Source: a virus
UHGV virus genome: UHGV-0170560
DNA: 39,563 bases
Strand: one strand, 5' to 3'
This document shows positions 7,597 through 16,716 of this stretch, in pieces (position 1 is the stretch's first letter; each line of letters starts with the position of its first letter). The translations under genes were made by a program, and so were the position numbers. Under the pieces are notes generated by a model. That model saw nothing but the letters and a program-made list of their open reading frames with translations, was not told the origin of the DNA and did not search any database.

Positions 7597-8136
7597 GTGT
7601 TAAGTGAAGAAATGCAATTTGCCATGGCTGTGGCTCAAATCGTAAGTGCAGTCGCGGTTTCGCTTGGCTTGTTCATAGCTATCGCTACTATTATTTATAA
7701 TGTAAATACAGCGAGAAAAGTACACACTTCAGTATTCCTTGGTGAAAGCAGGTTTGATGTAGATTATAAGAAAGGCCTATCTACTATGCGCCGCATTCAC
7801 GAATCGAACAAATCATTCCGCTCTTATATGTATCCAAGCAATGGGCAGGCTGATCTTACGGATGAAGAAAAGATAGAGAAGAGAGAAATAATTTACTGTC
7901 TAGGTTTCTACGAACGCATGGCTGTGAGCGTGAAGCGGAAAACTTATGATGAGACCATGATTAAGGAAGTATTTTACAGCTCCGTTGTAAATAACTATCA
8001 GATTGCGCTACCTCTTATACAAGCTATTAGAGAAAAAGAAAACATAAACACATATTTTAAAGAATATGAATGGTTGGCAACACGATGGAAGGATTGTCCA
8101 TTGAAGGATAAATCCCCATGGTACAAGTTTTGGTAA
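7597..8136 (+). CDS. Membrane-anchored accessory protein; candidate superinfection-exclusion/defence protein
   Basis: 179 aa, GTG start with GGAG RBS; N-terminal TM helix; markedly AT-rich relative to the structural genes; position matches the P22 immI/sieA neighbourhood next to the tailspike. Confidence 0.55.
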   Translation: MLSEEMQFAMAVAQIVSAVAVSLGLFIAIATIIYNVNTARKVHTSVFLGESRFDVDYKKGLSTMRRIHESNKSFRSYMYPSNGQADLTDEEKIEKREIIYCLGFYERMAVSVKRKTYDETMIKEVFYSSVVNNYQIALPLIQAIREKENINTYFKEYEWLATRWKDCPLKDKSPWYKFW

Positions 8137-8158
8137 GCCCGCAGCGCGGGCTTTTTTG
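8137..8158 (+). terminator. Rho-independent terminator
   Basis: Stem GCCCGC/GCGGGC with loop AGC followed by TTTTTT. Confidence 0.75.
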
Positions 8159-8229
8159 TGGACGAAACAAAAGTCAGTGCTACACTCATTGACGCCACAT
8201 TGAGGTGGCTTATAGATGGAAATTTCACA

Positions 8230-8391
8230 ATGAAAAAAGCATTTGCTGCACTGTTCGTTTTGTTGTCTCTGGTAGCTTCAACTCAGGCCTTTGCCGGTCG
8301 TTGTCAGCACGACAGCGATACTGCCGCTGACGGCTCCCGCTGCGGTGGGCGTTCTGCGGATTCCCGCCCGGGCGGCGGTGGCATTCGTTAA
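8230..8391 (+). CDS. Small secreted peptide, function unknown
   Basis: 53 aa from internal ATG; clean Sec signal MKKAFAALFVLLSLVASTQAFA; two Cys in the ~31-aa mature part. Confidence 0.45.
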   Translation: MKKAFAALFVLLSLVASTQAFAGRCQHDSDTAADGSRCGGRSADSRPGGGGIR

Positions 8392-8413
8392 AAACAAGGC
8401 CGCGAAAGCGGCC
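8391..8413 (-). terminator. Rho-independent terminator for the minus-strand virion operon
   Basis: Stem GGCCGC/GCGGCC with loop GAAA; on the minus strand it is followed by a T-run. Confidence 0.6.
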
Positions 8414-8422
8414 TGTGACATG

Positions 8423-8719
8423 TCACGTTCCTTTTCTGAATGATAGCCGTTCGAAAAATGATGACATTCCACCGCAGACAATAGCAAAGATGATCCCACC
8501 AAAGAAGAGAAGGCCAGCCTGCCACCACTCCCACCGCCATACATCCACAGCACCAACCATACCAACAATCGCTCCAACAAATGGAATATAGCTCACGATG
8601 AAAGCAATGGGGGCTGCAATTATCCAGTGCAATCCCCACCATGATTCAAGCCCAGCCATAATTGCTGCCAACTGAAAAAGGCCAACGACGATATAAACAA
8701 TGAATCCTATCGCTTGCAT
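8423..8719 (-). CDS. Small integral membrane protein
   Basis: 98 aa, 3 hydrophobic helices, GGTG RBS; last gene of the minus-strand virion operon. Confidence 0.55.
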   Translation of the reverse strand: MQAIGFIVYIVVGLFQLAAIMAGLESWWGLHWIIAAPIAFIVSYIPFVGAIVGMVGAVDVWRWEWWQAGLLFFGGIIFAIVCGGMSSFFERLSFRKGT

Positions 8720-8731
8720 GTAGTCACCTAT

Positions 8732-8905
8732 TTACCCAGTAAAAATCAGAGGCCTCCCCTCAATAAGGCTTGCAACAAGAACTATTCCCTGCACAACAAA
8801 GATGAACCAGCAAATAGCTTGAGTCTGAGGGTTAAGAAAATATTTGTAGCGGTCAATAAATAACAACCCACCAGAAATTATCACACTCAAAATAATTAAA
8901 AACAC
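8732..8905 (-). CDS. Possible small membrane protein (57 aa, GTG start)
   Basis: Below the track cutoff; my own translation gives VFLIILSVIISGGLLFIDRYKYFLNPQTQAICWFIFVVQGIVLVASLIEGRPLIFTG with AGGAAG RBS upstream. Confidence 0.3.
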   Translation of the reverse strand: MFLIILSVIISGGLLFIDRYKYFLNPQTQAICWFIFVVQGIVLVASLIEGRPLIFTG

Positions 8906-8914
8906 AACACTTCC

Positions 8915-11389
8915 TTATTGCGGAGTGACATCCTGAGGTCGCCACCAGTATGTCTGATTAAACTCTTTCTTCGAACGTTGCTCCATTTTACGCAAATAGC
9001 CTGGTGAAAAATACTCCTGCATCTGGTTAAAGATCATATGATCGAGAGCCGCCTTTAAGTACCAGAGATTCGCACCTGGCATCAAACCTTTCCCCAGCTT
9101 CACCAGATCACCACCAGTCTGCTCACTCTTCCCTTCCACAGCATTTAACGGTATGCCCTGAGCAATCTTCACTACGTCATCAACCAGACCAGCTACCGGG
9201 CCAAGCATCGACGCCAGCGCGCCGCTTCCGTACCTAGTGTGATCTGACAATAAAAAGTCACCGTAAAGGCCAAGGCCACCACCTTTCAGTAGAGCACCAA
9301 GCCAGAATTTTGCGGCACCTTCTCCTGTCATCTCTCGAGGATTACGACCAGACGCAAGGTCGTTAAGTTGCTGCGACAAAGCGCCAAGAATGGTCGTACT
9401 GGCAATAAACGTCGCAATATATGCCGCACGCCCACCAGCAGACGGCATACTCATAGCGCGTGACCAGTGACGCATAACAACCGAGATAGGGAACGATTTA
9501 AACAGGAAAACACTTCTCGTTAATTCACCTTTCCATGTTCCACGCTGAATACCAGAACCGGTTATCAGTTGCTCACGTGCTCCCGGTGTAATAATAGCCA
9601 TATCAACTTCTTCAGTTACGGCACCGAGCAGTTTACGCATTGCCTCAAATTTCACTCGTTCAGGCTCACCAAGATGTTTAACTGCTGAATCAGGGATACG
9701 CATAATGCTTTCCGGTGTCAGCATCGTATTATTACCGTTCCCCCAGTCCTCCTGTTGCGCCAGCTTCCATACGCTCCAGTCTGTGTCAGTAATCCCTTTG
9801 CTTTTCAGGATACGAAAATCAGAGTCATCGAGGCTACGAAGGTCTGGTGTCCGTGACACTACTTCTCCCAGGCTTCCCATCATGGTTACGCCATAGGCGC
9901 GCTTGTGCGCATCTGACCATGCTGTAAGCCCACTGGCACGCATTACCGCCGTTGCCGCCCAACGAGACACAGACGGCCCCATATTATCCATCGCCCAGCG
10001 GTTAACGCTGCCAAGTAGAGATTCCATCGCCAGGCCAGCGCGGCGCGCCCGCGCAAGCTCAGTACGGTTCGTTGGGTCCATAGCTTCAAGCTGGTTGCGA
10101 AATAACTGGTTCATTGGAAGGTTGGTAACCTTCGCAGACAGATACATGGTTCCAAGATCAGAGAACGATGACAGCAACGCGGATCCGAGTCTGCTGGCAA
10201 CCAGCCAGTTGCGGATATTGTCAGACCATCGCGCGATGTGCGGATTCGCTACAGGCTGTGTTTTTCCGGAAATAAAGTTGTACAGATTCTCTGTGTTGTT
10301 CGCCAGCCGCTCGACTTTACCGGTTTTACTCGGGTTAGCTGTTGCCGTTTCTGCCTTAACCTGATCAAGAAGGGAGCGGAAAACATGATCGGGGTTTGGG
10401 CCATATGTTTCCACCAGCGCAATATCTTTACTGATACCTTCCAGGTGACCGACCATGATTTCCCATAGAGAGCGATCGCCATAAAGTTGCTGATATTGCA
10501 GATAGGAATCTGCATCTTTGAAATGTATCTGTCGTGATGCATTACCACGGTTAGCACGTACGCCGGAAATTCGCATTCCGGTATCAGTAAGCTTATTCAG
10601 CCCACCAGTAGCGATCGTGTTATAAGCCTCTCCAAGAAATGCAGACAACTCGGCATCGTTCATCAGTTGTCCATCGGCTCGGGTATAATATTTGCGATCC
10701 AGCTTACCTATAACATCGCTAACCCATTTATCTTTTGATACCGCCCCAACCTTTTCCATAGAATGATGTTGAGGGATCCCCCAGTTTTCGAGATAGCCAA
10801 TGTCCCCACCAGCATCATTAAACCGGCGGCGCAGTAGATCTGTCACTTCTCTCCACGCCTTAGCACCTTTTCTTGCTTTAGCATTGCCAGTATTTTGCCC
10901 TCGCATTTCATATACCAGGTCACGCACGCCCGCTTCATCTTCAAACAGGCCAAAAAAGCGAGGATCAACTGCTTCAAATGCCTCCTGCAATTGACTCAAT
11001 GCATAATCACGAGTGGCTTTTGTTCTGGATTCAACAGAGAGGAAATTCGATTTACCGTCTGCATTAAAAGCAATAGTACGGTTAAGAGCGCCAAGTTTCC
11101 CATCAGCCCCTTGATAGCTATTGATAAATTTATCCAATCTCTGACGTGCGGCTATAGTGAGGGCCACACGACGTTTCTTTAATGCCGCTTCTCGCTGTAA
11201 TTCTTCAGATGCCAATTGTGCTGCACGATACAACCGTTCTGATTCGGAAAGTTGTCGCCACGACATCGGGTCATCACGAGCAATGGAGCGCATATTTCGA
11301 TAAATGCGGTCTTCAATGTTCTGTATTTCTCGCGCCGTTAACGTGCGCTGCGCCGCCTGCTGGACCGCTTGTATACATTCCTGTCTCAT
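8915..11389 (-). CDS. Internal virion/ejection protein (T7 gp16-like position)
   Basis: 824 aa; translationally coupled within the long minus-strand virion operon. Confidence 0.65.
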   Translation of the reverse strand: MRQECIQAVQQAAQRTLTAREIQNIEDRIYRNMRSIARDDPMSWRQLSESERLYRAAQLASEELQREAALKKRRVALTIAARQRLDKFINSYQGADGKLGALNRTIAFNADGKSNFLSVESRTKATRDYALSQLQEAFEAVDPRFFGLFEDEAGVRDLVYEMRGQNTGNAKARKGAKAWREVTDLLRRRFNDAGGDIGYLENWGIPQHHSMEKVGAVSKDKWVSDVIGKLDRKYYTRADGQLMNDAELSAFLGEAYNTIATGGLNKLTDTGMRISGVRANRGNASRQIHFKDADSYLQYQQLYGDRSLWEIMVGHLEGISKDIALVETYGPNPDHVFRSLLDQVKAETATANPSKTGKVERLANNTENLYNFISGKTQPVANPHIARWSDNIRNWLVASRLGSALLSSFSDLGTMYLSAKVTNLPMNQLFRNQLEAMDPTNRTELARARRAGLAMESLLGSVNRWAMDNMGPSVSRWAATAVMRASGLTAWSDAHKRAYGVTMMGSLGEVVSRTPDLRSLDDSDFRILKSKGITDTDWSVWKLAQQEDWGNGNNTMLTPESIMRIPDSAVKHLGEPERVKFEAMRKLLGAVTEEVDMAIITPGAREQLITGSGIQRGTWKGELTRSVFLFKSFPISVVMRHWSRAMSMPSAGGRAAYIATFIASTTILGALSQQLNDLASGRNPREMTGEGAAKFWLGALLKGGGLGLYGDFLLSDHTRYGSGALASMLGPVAGLVDDVVKIAQGIPLNAVEGKSEQTGGDLVKLGKGLMPGANLWYLKAALDHMIFNQMQEYFSPGYLRKMEQRSKKEFNQTYWWRPQDVTPQ

Positions 11390-11394
11390 TTAAT

Positions 11395-13197
11395 TTAACC
11401 TCTCAAGAAACACGCCACAGCAACATCAAACAGGCTGGAATCCTGTATTGCCTGCTCACTTTCCCTGTTCGCTTCATCCAGTACTTCACGCGCACTGCGC
11501 GATTGTGGATTACCATCATCATCCAGCACGGTGATTATCATGTCCGGAGATTCAAGCAGCGAGTCTTCAGCTATACGCAGATCAATATCTCCTGCCGGAT
11601 CTGCCATCATTTTTTGTTCTGTCTGTTGCAATATCTTACCGGGCTCAAAAGGAGCTACTTCGTCTGGCGTCCTGACCTCTGCTGTTTTATAGAATGAAAC
11701 AGCCTGAGCATTAAGTTCACTTTCTGCCTGCTGTCGCCGTGCCAGTTCTGCTCGAGCTTCAAAAAACTGACCTCCAGGCTCGTGCGGCGCCAACGCGTTA
11801 CGGGAAAATTCCAGGCGTTCTTGTGCCTGCCGGATTCGTTGATCAATATCGCGAAGTCTGGCCTGTTTATCTGATCGAGCACGAGACAAAGCTTTACCGC
11901 TACCGGTTGGCTCTTCTGCAAGAATTTGTGCACGCTGTTCAGTGAGATTGTCGATAATTCGTTGGCTATTAGCGATTTCAGACTGGTAAACCTGTCTATC
12001 GCCACGCGGCAAAAGCTGCGCAGCCTGTTCTTCAAGCAACCGATTTTCGATAGCGCGCGCCGTTACTCCATCATCTACAGATGACAGAGCCTCATTAACT
12101 GCCTGAGACAGCAGATTCTTGCGCCCAGGAATTTCACTGAAAGATGCAGACTCAACAATGCTGGCAACGTCTACAGGTCTCCCCTGGCTAACATCAGACA
12201 TAGCTTTTCGCAGAGCCTGAATGTGAGAATTGCGCGAAAGCACGTTGATCGGCACGCCGGGAGCAATATCAATTTCAGCATGATGAGCGGCATTCGCCGC
12301 CAGTGCAGCATCGATATCAACTGGTGAAAAATTTGGTGCGCTTGTAGACTCGCCGCGAGAGTTAATAAATCTGCCGACACCACCAAACGCCACCCCAAGA
12401 ACAGCATCAATAGCAATTGCCTGTCGATCCAACACATCATACTGGTTAGCCATTTCGCTATAGCCACCATCACGAAGCGTTTTTGCAGTAAGCCCACGCT
12501 GTGCCATACCGAACGCAATATTTGTACCTGCGGCATAGGCAATATCTGGCGTTGCACGTACTGCTGTTGCTGCGGCGCGTCGCACTGAACTCTCACTCGT
12601 CCGCGCAAGCTGAGCCGCCACACCTTCCGCCAGCGCACCACCAGCACGTAACCCGAGGCTCATAGGGATCAGTGTTCCGGCACCAGCAGTAATACCCTGC
12701 ACTAATCCCGCTTCCTGCGCCGTCCTGAAATCAACACCCTGTGCTGTCAGCCGTTCAAACTCAGAAAAACCCTGTAGCGAAGTTACCGCCGCAGCACCTC
12801 CGACCGGACCACCGAGCGTTGTACCGATAACAGCCTGCCCGCCCATATCGAACAACCCATAAAGAACCTGCCCGGCGGTTCCGGTTGTCGCGGCATCAGG
12901 CGTCAGCCGCTTAACCTGCTGCTCTGCTAGTTTTCTCTGCTCGGCAATGTATGAAACTGAAGTGTCATTGAGCGAGGTGTTTTCGTTAACAAACTGAGCA
13001 ATCGGGGATACGATTTTATCCATCCCTGCCCAGAGCAACTGATCAGGCTTTGCCACCAGCCCGGAGTACAAACCAGACAATGCCGCTCCTACAGCATTGT
13101 CGAAAAAACCAACATCGCTGTTAAAGCCCGCTGGATTTGATGCTGCTTCGTCAAGTTGCTGATTCTGGTTTACTGGATTAAGGCCAAAGTAACTCAT
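11395..13197 (-). CDS. Internal virion/ejection protein
   Basis: 600 aa, Ala/Gly-rich N-terminal part and coiled-coil C-terminal part; start abuts upstream stop. Confidence 0.65.
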   Translation of the reverse strand: MSYFGLNPVNQNQQLDEAASNPAGFNSDVGFFDNAVGAALSGLYSGLVAKPDQLLWAGMDKIVSPIAQFVNENTSLNDTSVSYIAEQRKLAEQQVKRLTPDAATTGTAGQVLYGLFDMGGQAVIGTTLGGPVGGAAAVTSLQGFSEFERLTAQGVDFRTAQEAGLVQGITAGAGTLIPMSLGLRAGGALAEGVAAQLARTSESSVRRAAATAVRATPDIAYAAGTNIAFGMAQRGLTAKTLRDGGYSEMANQYDVLDRQAIAIDAVLGVAFGGVGRFINSRGESTSAPNFSPVDIDAALAANAAHHAEIDIAPGVPINVLSRNSHIQALRKAMSDVSQGRPVDVASIVESASFSEIPGRKNLLSQAVNEALSSVDDGVTARAIENRLLEEQAAQLLPRGDRQVYQSEIANSQRIIDNLTEQRAQILAEEPTGSGKALSRARSDKQARLRDIDQRIRQAQERLEFSRNALAPHEPGGQFFEARAELARRQQAESELNAQAVSFYKTAEVRTPDEVAPFEPGKILQQTEQKMMADPAGDIDLRIAEDSLLESPDMIITVLDDDGNPQSRSAREVLDEANRESEQAIQDSSLFDVAVACFLRG

Positions 13198-15707
13198 TGC
13201 GGAATATCTCCGGAGAATCTCTGACGCTTCTGTGTCAGATCAAGAACAACAGGAGAACCATCATCCTTCAGCAGATATCCAGTCCCAAGTTTTACCAAGT
13301 ACTGACTATCGCCGTAACTTTGCAAACCATACTGACCAGGCGGTGTTTTTATCCCTGTGCCGACAACTTGTTCATTCCAAGCCTGATTAACCTGCTTATC
13401 GAATTGCTCTGCAGACATTCCCCACGGCAAAAGAACATTCCCCATTCCGTTATAGTCATGCACGCCACCTGTAGCTACGTTAACAGCCTGTTTCCAGATA
13501 TCATTGTCAATTTCGCCTGATACCACGCCTTTTTTCGCCATCACACCAGCGTAATAGTCCTTTGCGATCTCGTATGCCATTGATGCCCCCTGAGCATCAC
13601 CAGCAAATGCATCCTTCACCATGTCAGAAAACTCAAGGCGAAGATCAGCATCTTTAGGCATCGGAATACCTTTCGCATCATCAGTACCTTTACGAGCCGC
13701 CGCGCCAGCAAGAATTGTCTGCGCAGCGGTTTCAGGTGACACGGAAACATCAGGATTAAACCAGTTTTTTTCTGCCAAAATACCACCAGGTTTATCCATC
13801 AGTATCCCGGCAACGGCAGCAGATGGAGCGTTGGCGCTGATCTGCTGTAGTGCTGACATATACACCTGCCCACCACCAGTGCTCTGCCTGATGGTATCGA
13901 GATATGCTGCCTGTTGGGAAACGGGCGCATCACGAAAGAAAACACCGATCTGATTGGCCTCGTCTTTGGAAAAGAAAGTCAGTGGAGTGCCATATGACTT
14001 GGCAAGGTCACTGACCTGAGCGGCACGCAAGGCAACGCTCTGTCCAAAGTTATCCTTATTGCTCATGTCGATAGGCTTTGCCTGTCCGGCGGCAAGAGAG
14101 AACTGCACAGGATCCGATTGCCGCTGCTTTATCACCTGATTTGCAGCCGAAACAACGTTGTCATAAAGAGCTGCGCGTGCCGCATACCCCTCCCCTGTCT
14201 CACCAGTATCCGGGCGTAATTGCTCAACATATGCTGTAATGCTGCTTGTCGGCATGTTGCGGAAAGAGCCTATATACTGTCCGGCGATCTGCGTATTTCT
14301 GAACTCGGTATATCGCAGGTTTCCTTCTCTGACGCCATAAGCTGCAATAAAATCAGCCTCACCAGGTGGATTAGGAAATTCAACGCCACGCATATACGCA
14401 GCCGTCGCATCGCGAACCTGGCTGTCAATCATCGTTTTATATTCAGCCTGCTGCTGCCGACGCAGTTGATCCGCCTGTCGCATAAAACTTGCCTGCGCCT
14501 CAGGAGAGGCCGCATCGAATGCTGCATTACCGGTATAGCGTTTGGTGTTGGTTGGAATTGTTGATAAACCAAGTGCTGCACTGACACCAGCAGTTAACTG
14601 CTGATCACTGTATGGCTGGCTACCGTTCTCATGATGGATAATGGCTGCACAAAGCGCCTTCAGGGTATCAGGATTTGATGCATCGAGAGGCTCATCAGCA
14701 GAAACGCCAAGTTGTTCGCATACTGCTTTGATATACGACATAGTGTCATTTTTATCAGTAGGCGGTGCCCAGCGATTAATTATCTCGCTGACTGTATCAA
14801 TACCCTGCCGCTGATACGACATCAGGTTCCGCCCTAATGCACGAATCCCGTGTTCAGGTGTTTCGAATTTAGCAAATCGACCATCATCACCGGTCTGGCC
14901 TACCCACGGATTAGTTTTGCTGTATTCGAGATTTCCTGGGTTATTGTTGCGTATGCCACGGGCACGCTCGGAAGAATCACTATCTGCTACAGCACGGCGA
15001 GCTCCAGCAGAAGTATCACTTAACTCGCCATTACTTTGGATGAATGCGGTCGCATTGTTTGCCGACCACTGGGACAATGCGGCATCAGCAACCTTCTCTT
15101 TAAACTCGATTTTCTTGGCCTGGATTTGCTCGTCGCTCCAGCCATGCGCAATGCCGTAATCCTCAATTTGCTGGAAAGTTTGCTTATTAGCCAATACATA
15201 TGCGGCGTTGTCGCCATACAATGCTGCGGCATTTTTACCATTGTTCAGCAGCGTAGCCTGAAACTGGCCTTCTTCGTAGGCATTTATTTGCCCTATCTCG
15301 TGCCGCCCGGCCTGCGTAGTGAACTGAATGCGCTGCTGCTGCGCCTGCTGCATGAAAGCATTACGAGCCTGTTCATCCGGCAGCGACATAGCCAGTTGTT
15401 CGATCTGAGCATCAAACTGCTGCGTATACTCCTGACCTTTTCCAATAGCATTTTTCCCTTTCAGGTTAAGCAATCCTGTTTCAGGATTATTCAGCAGATC
15501 GCTGCTTATCTGACTGAGGTTAAGAGATGCCTCCTGAGCCAGAGCGATATTGGCACGCTGTTTTGCCTGACCAAAAACATCAATTGCCTCTGCCCCTGCC
15601 CGAACAAAAGCATCACCAATACCTGGCTGAGAAAACGCCTGCAAGCCTGCTGACTGAACTCCACGGCTCTCAACCTGACGTCCGGATACTGTTGGTACGA
15701 CTGGCAT
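13194..15707 (-). CDS. Internal virion/ejection protein (T7 gp15-like position)
   Basis: 837 aa from ATG overlapping the upstream stop (TAATG) with GGAGG RBS; the track ORF extends 25 codons further upstream. Confidence 0.65.
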   Translation of the reverse strand: MPVVPTVSGRQVESRGVQSAGLQAFSQPGIGDAFVRAGAEAIDVFGQAKQRANIALAQEASLNLSQISSDLLNNPETGLLNLKGKNAIGKGQEYTQQFDAQIEQLAMSLPDEQARNAFMQQAQQQRIQFTTQAGRHEIGQINAYEEGQFQATLLNNGKNAAALYGDNAAYVLANKQTFQQIEDYGIAHGWSDEQIQAKKIEFKEKVADAALSQWSANNATAFIQSNGELSDTSAGARRAVADSDSSERARGIRNNNPGNLEYSKTNPWVGQTGDDGRFAKFETPEHGIRALGRNLMSYQRQGIDTVSEIINRWAPPTDKNDTMSYIKAVCEQLGVSADEPLDASNPDTLKALCAAIIHHENGSQPYSDQQLTAGVSAALGLSTIPTNTKRYTGNAAFDAASPEAQASFMRQADQLRRQQQAEYKTMIDSQVRDATAAYMRGVEFPNPPGEADFIAAYGVREGNLRYTEFRNTQIAGQYIGSFRNMPTSSITAYVEQLRPDTGETGEGYAARAALYDNVVSAANQVIKQRQSDPVQFSLAAGQAKPIDMSNKDNFGQSVALRAAQVSDLAKSYGTPLTFFSKDEANQIGVFFRDAPVSQQAAYLDTIRQSTGGGQVYMSALQQISANAPSAAVAGILMDKPGGILAEKNWFNPDVSVSPETAAQTILAGAAARKGTDDAKGIPMPKDADLRLEFSDMVKDAFAGDAQGASMAYEIAKDYYAGVMAKKGVVSGEIDNDIWKQAVNVATGGVHDYNGMGNVLLPWGMSAEQFDKQVNQAWNEQVVGTGIKTPPGQYGLQSYGDSQYLVKLGTGYLLKDDGSPVVLDLTQKRQRFSGDIPQ

Positions 15708-16252
15708 TATAATCCTCCGGGTAATCTGGTTCCTGCTGCTGCCCCGATTGGCGCAGGAGTGCTTTGAGTAAACGGACTCCACGTCCCACCAAACATCTGG
15801 TACGCACCGTATGCCTTCAGAGGCGCAGTGAGCAATGTTGTTGCTGCTCCCACATTCCCCTGTTTACGGGCTGAACTGGCTTCTGCTTTATAGTTGGCAG
15901 CCTGAACCTGATAACCGTAAGCCTCGCGTTGCGCGTTATTCACCGTCGTCAGCGAATCAAGAGCGCCAAACTGGGCAGTGTCGCCAAATATATCCAGCGC
16001 GTTACCTGTAGATAAATCAGCGCCGGCAGCCCCCATTGTCGCCGCCTGTGTACCAAGCCGCTGTCGGGTCTCTCTGCGCCGTTGCTCAGCTTCAGCGTTA
16101 CCTCTGTTTATTGCATCATTTGCCTGAGCAGTGGCTATATCTGCGTTCGCTTCTGCAACCTTCGAGGCATACTTTCCCTGTTGGTACTGGGTGTATGCCT
16201 GAATGCCACTCATGGCGAGCATTGCGCCACCAGCAATAACCGGATCGCACAT
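15707..16252 (-). CDS. Internal virion protein (T7 gp14-like position)
   Basis: 181 aa, Ala/Gln-rich; start overlaps upstream stop. Confidence 0.6.
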   Translation of the reverse strand: MCDPVIAGGAMLAMSGIQAYTQYQQGKYASKVAEANADIATAQANDAINRGNAEAEQRRRETRQRLGTQAATMGAAGADLSTGNALDIFGDTAQFGALDSLTTVNNAQREAYGYQVQAANYKAEASSARKQGNVGAATTLLTAPLKAYGAYQMFGGTWSPFTQSTPAPIGAAAGTRLPGGL

Positions 16253-16716
16253 TATTTTCTCTCCATGTGAAATCTGTGGAAATTAAGACCAAGAGCACCA
16301 TAAGGCGCGACTTCTTCAAGCCTGAATCCAAGCCAGTGCAGCCATGCTTTGGCAACATGGTTTCGCTCGTCGACATAGTTTTCCAGGCGCGGATAAACTG
16401 CCAGCATCTGCTGCAATACAGGGCGGCAGTGGCGAAGAAATGTCTTCTGATATTTTTCAATACGGCTGGTACCGACCAGCCATGGCGTCCCATTGCCACC
16501 GATCATTGACGCCGGAGATACACCAAACATGGTTACCAGTTCTCCGTTCGCAAATCCTGACCAGGCCATAGTCGCAGTGCGAAGACCAACACGCAGCGCA
16601 TCTTCGGTAGTCATCAGTGATACCGCATACAGTTCGTCAATATCAGCCTGACGAACATCCGGCAAAATCATCTGAAGATGCTCTTCGGTGGCGGGAATAA
16701 TTTGAACGTCGATCAT
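16252..16716 (-). CDS. Internal virion/assembly protein (T7 gp13-like position)
   Basis: 154 aa; ATGA coupling at both ends. Confidence 0.55.
   Translation of the reverse strand: MIDVQIIPATEEHLQMILPDVRQADIDELYAVSLMTTEDALRVGLRTATMAWSGFANGELVTMFGVSPASMIGGNGTPWLVGTSRIEKYQKTFLRHCRPVLQQMLAVYPRLENYVDERNHVAKAWLHWLGFRLEEVAPYGALGLNFHRFHMERK

Noticed and set aside
13194-15782. Peptidoglycan hydrolase domain in the 837-aa internal virion protein (segment RNNNPGNL...)
   Set aside because: I could not match the segment to a catalytic signature I can state precisely (lysozyme, lytic transglycosylase or amidase), so no enzymatic call is made.
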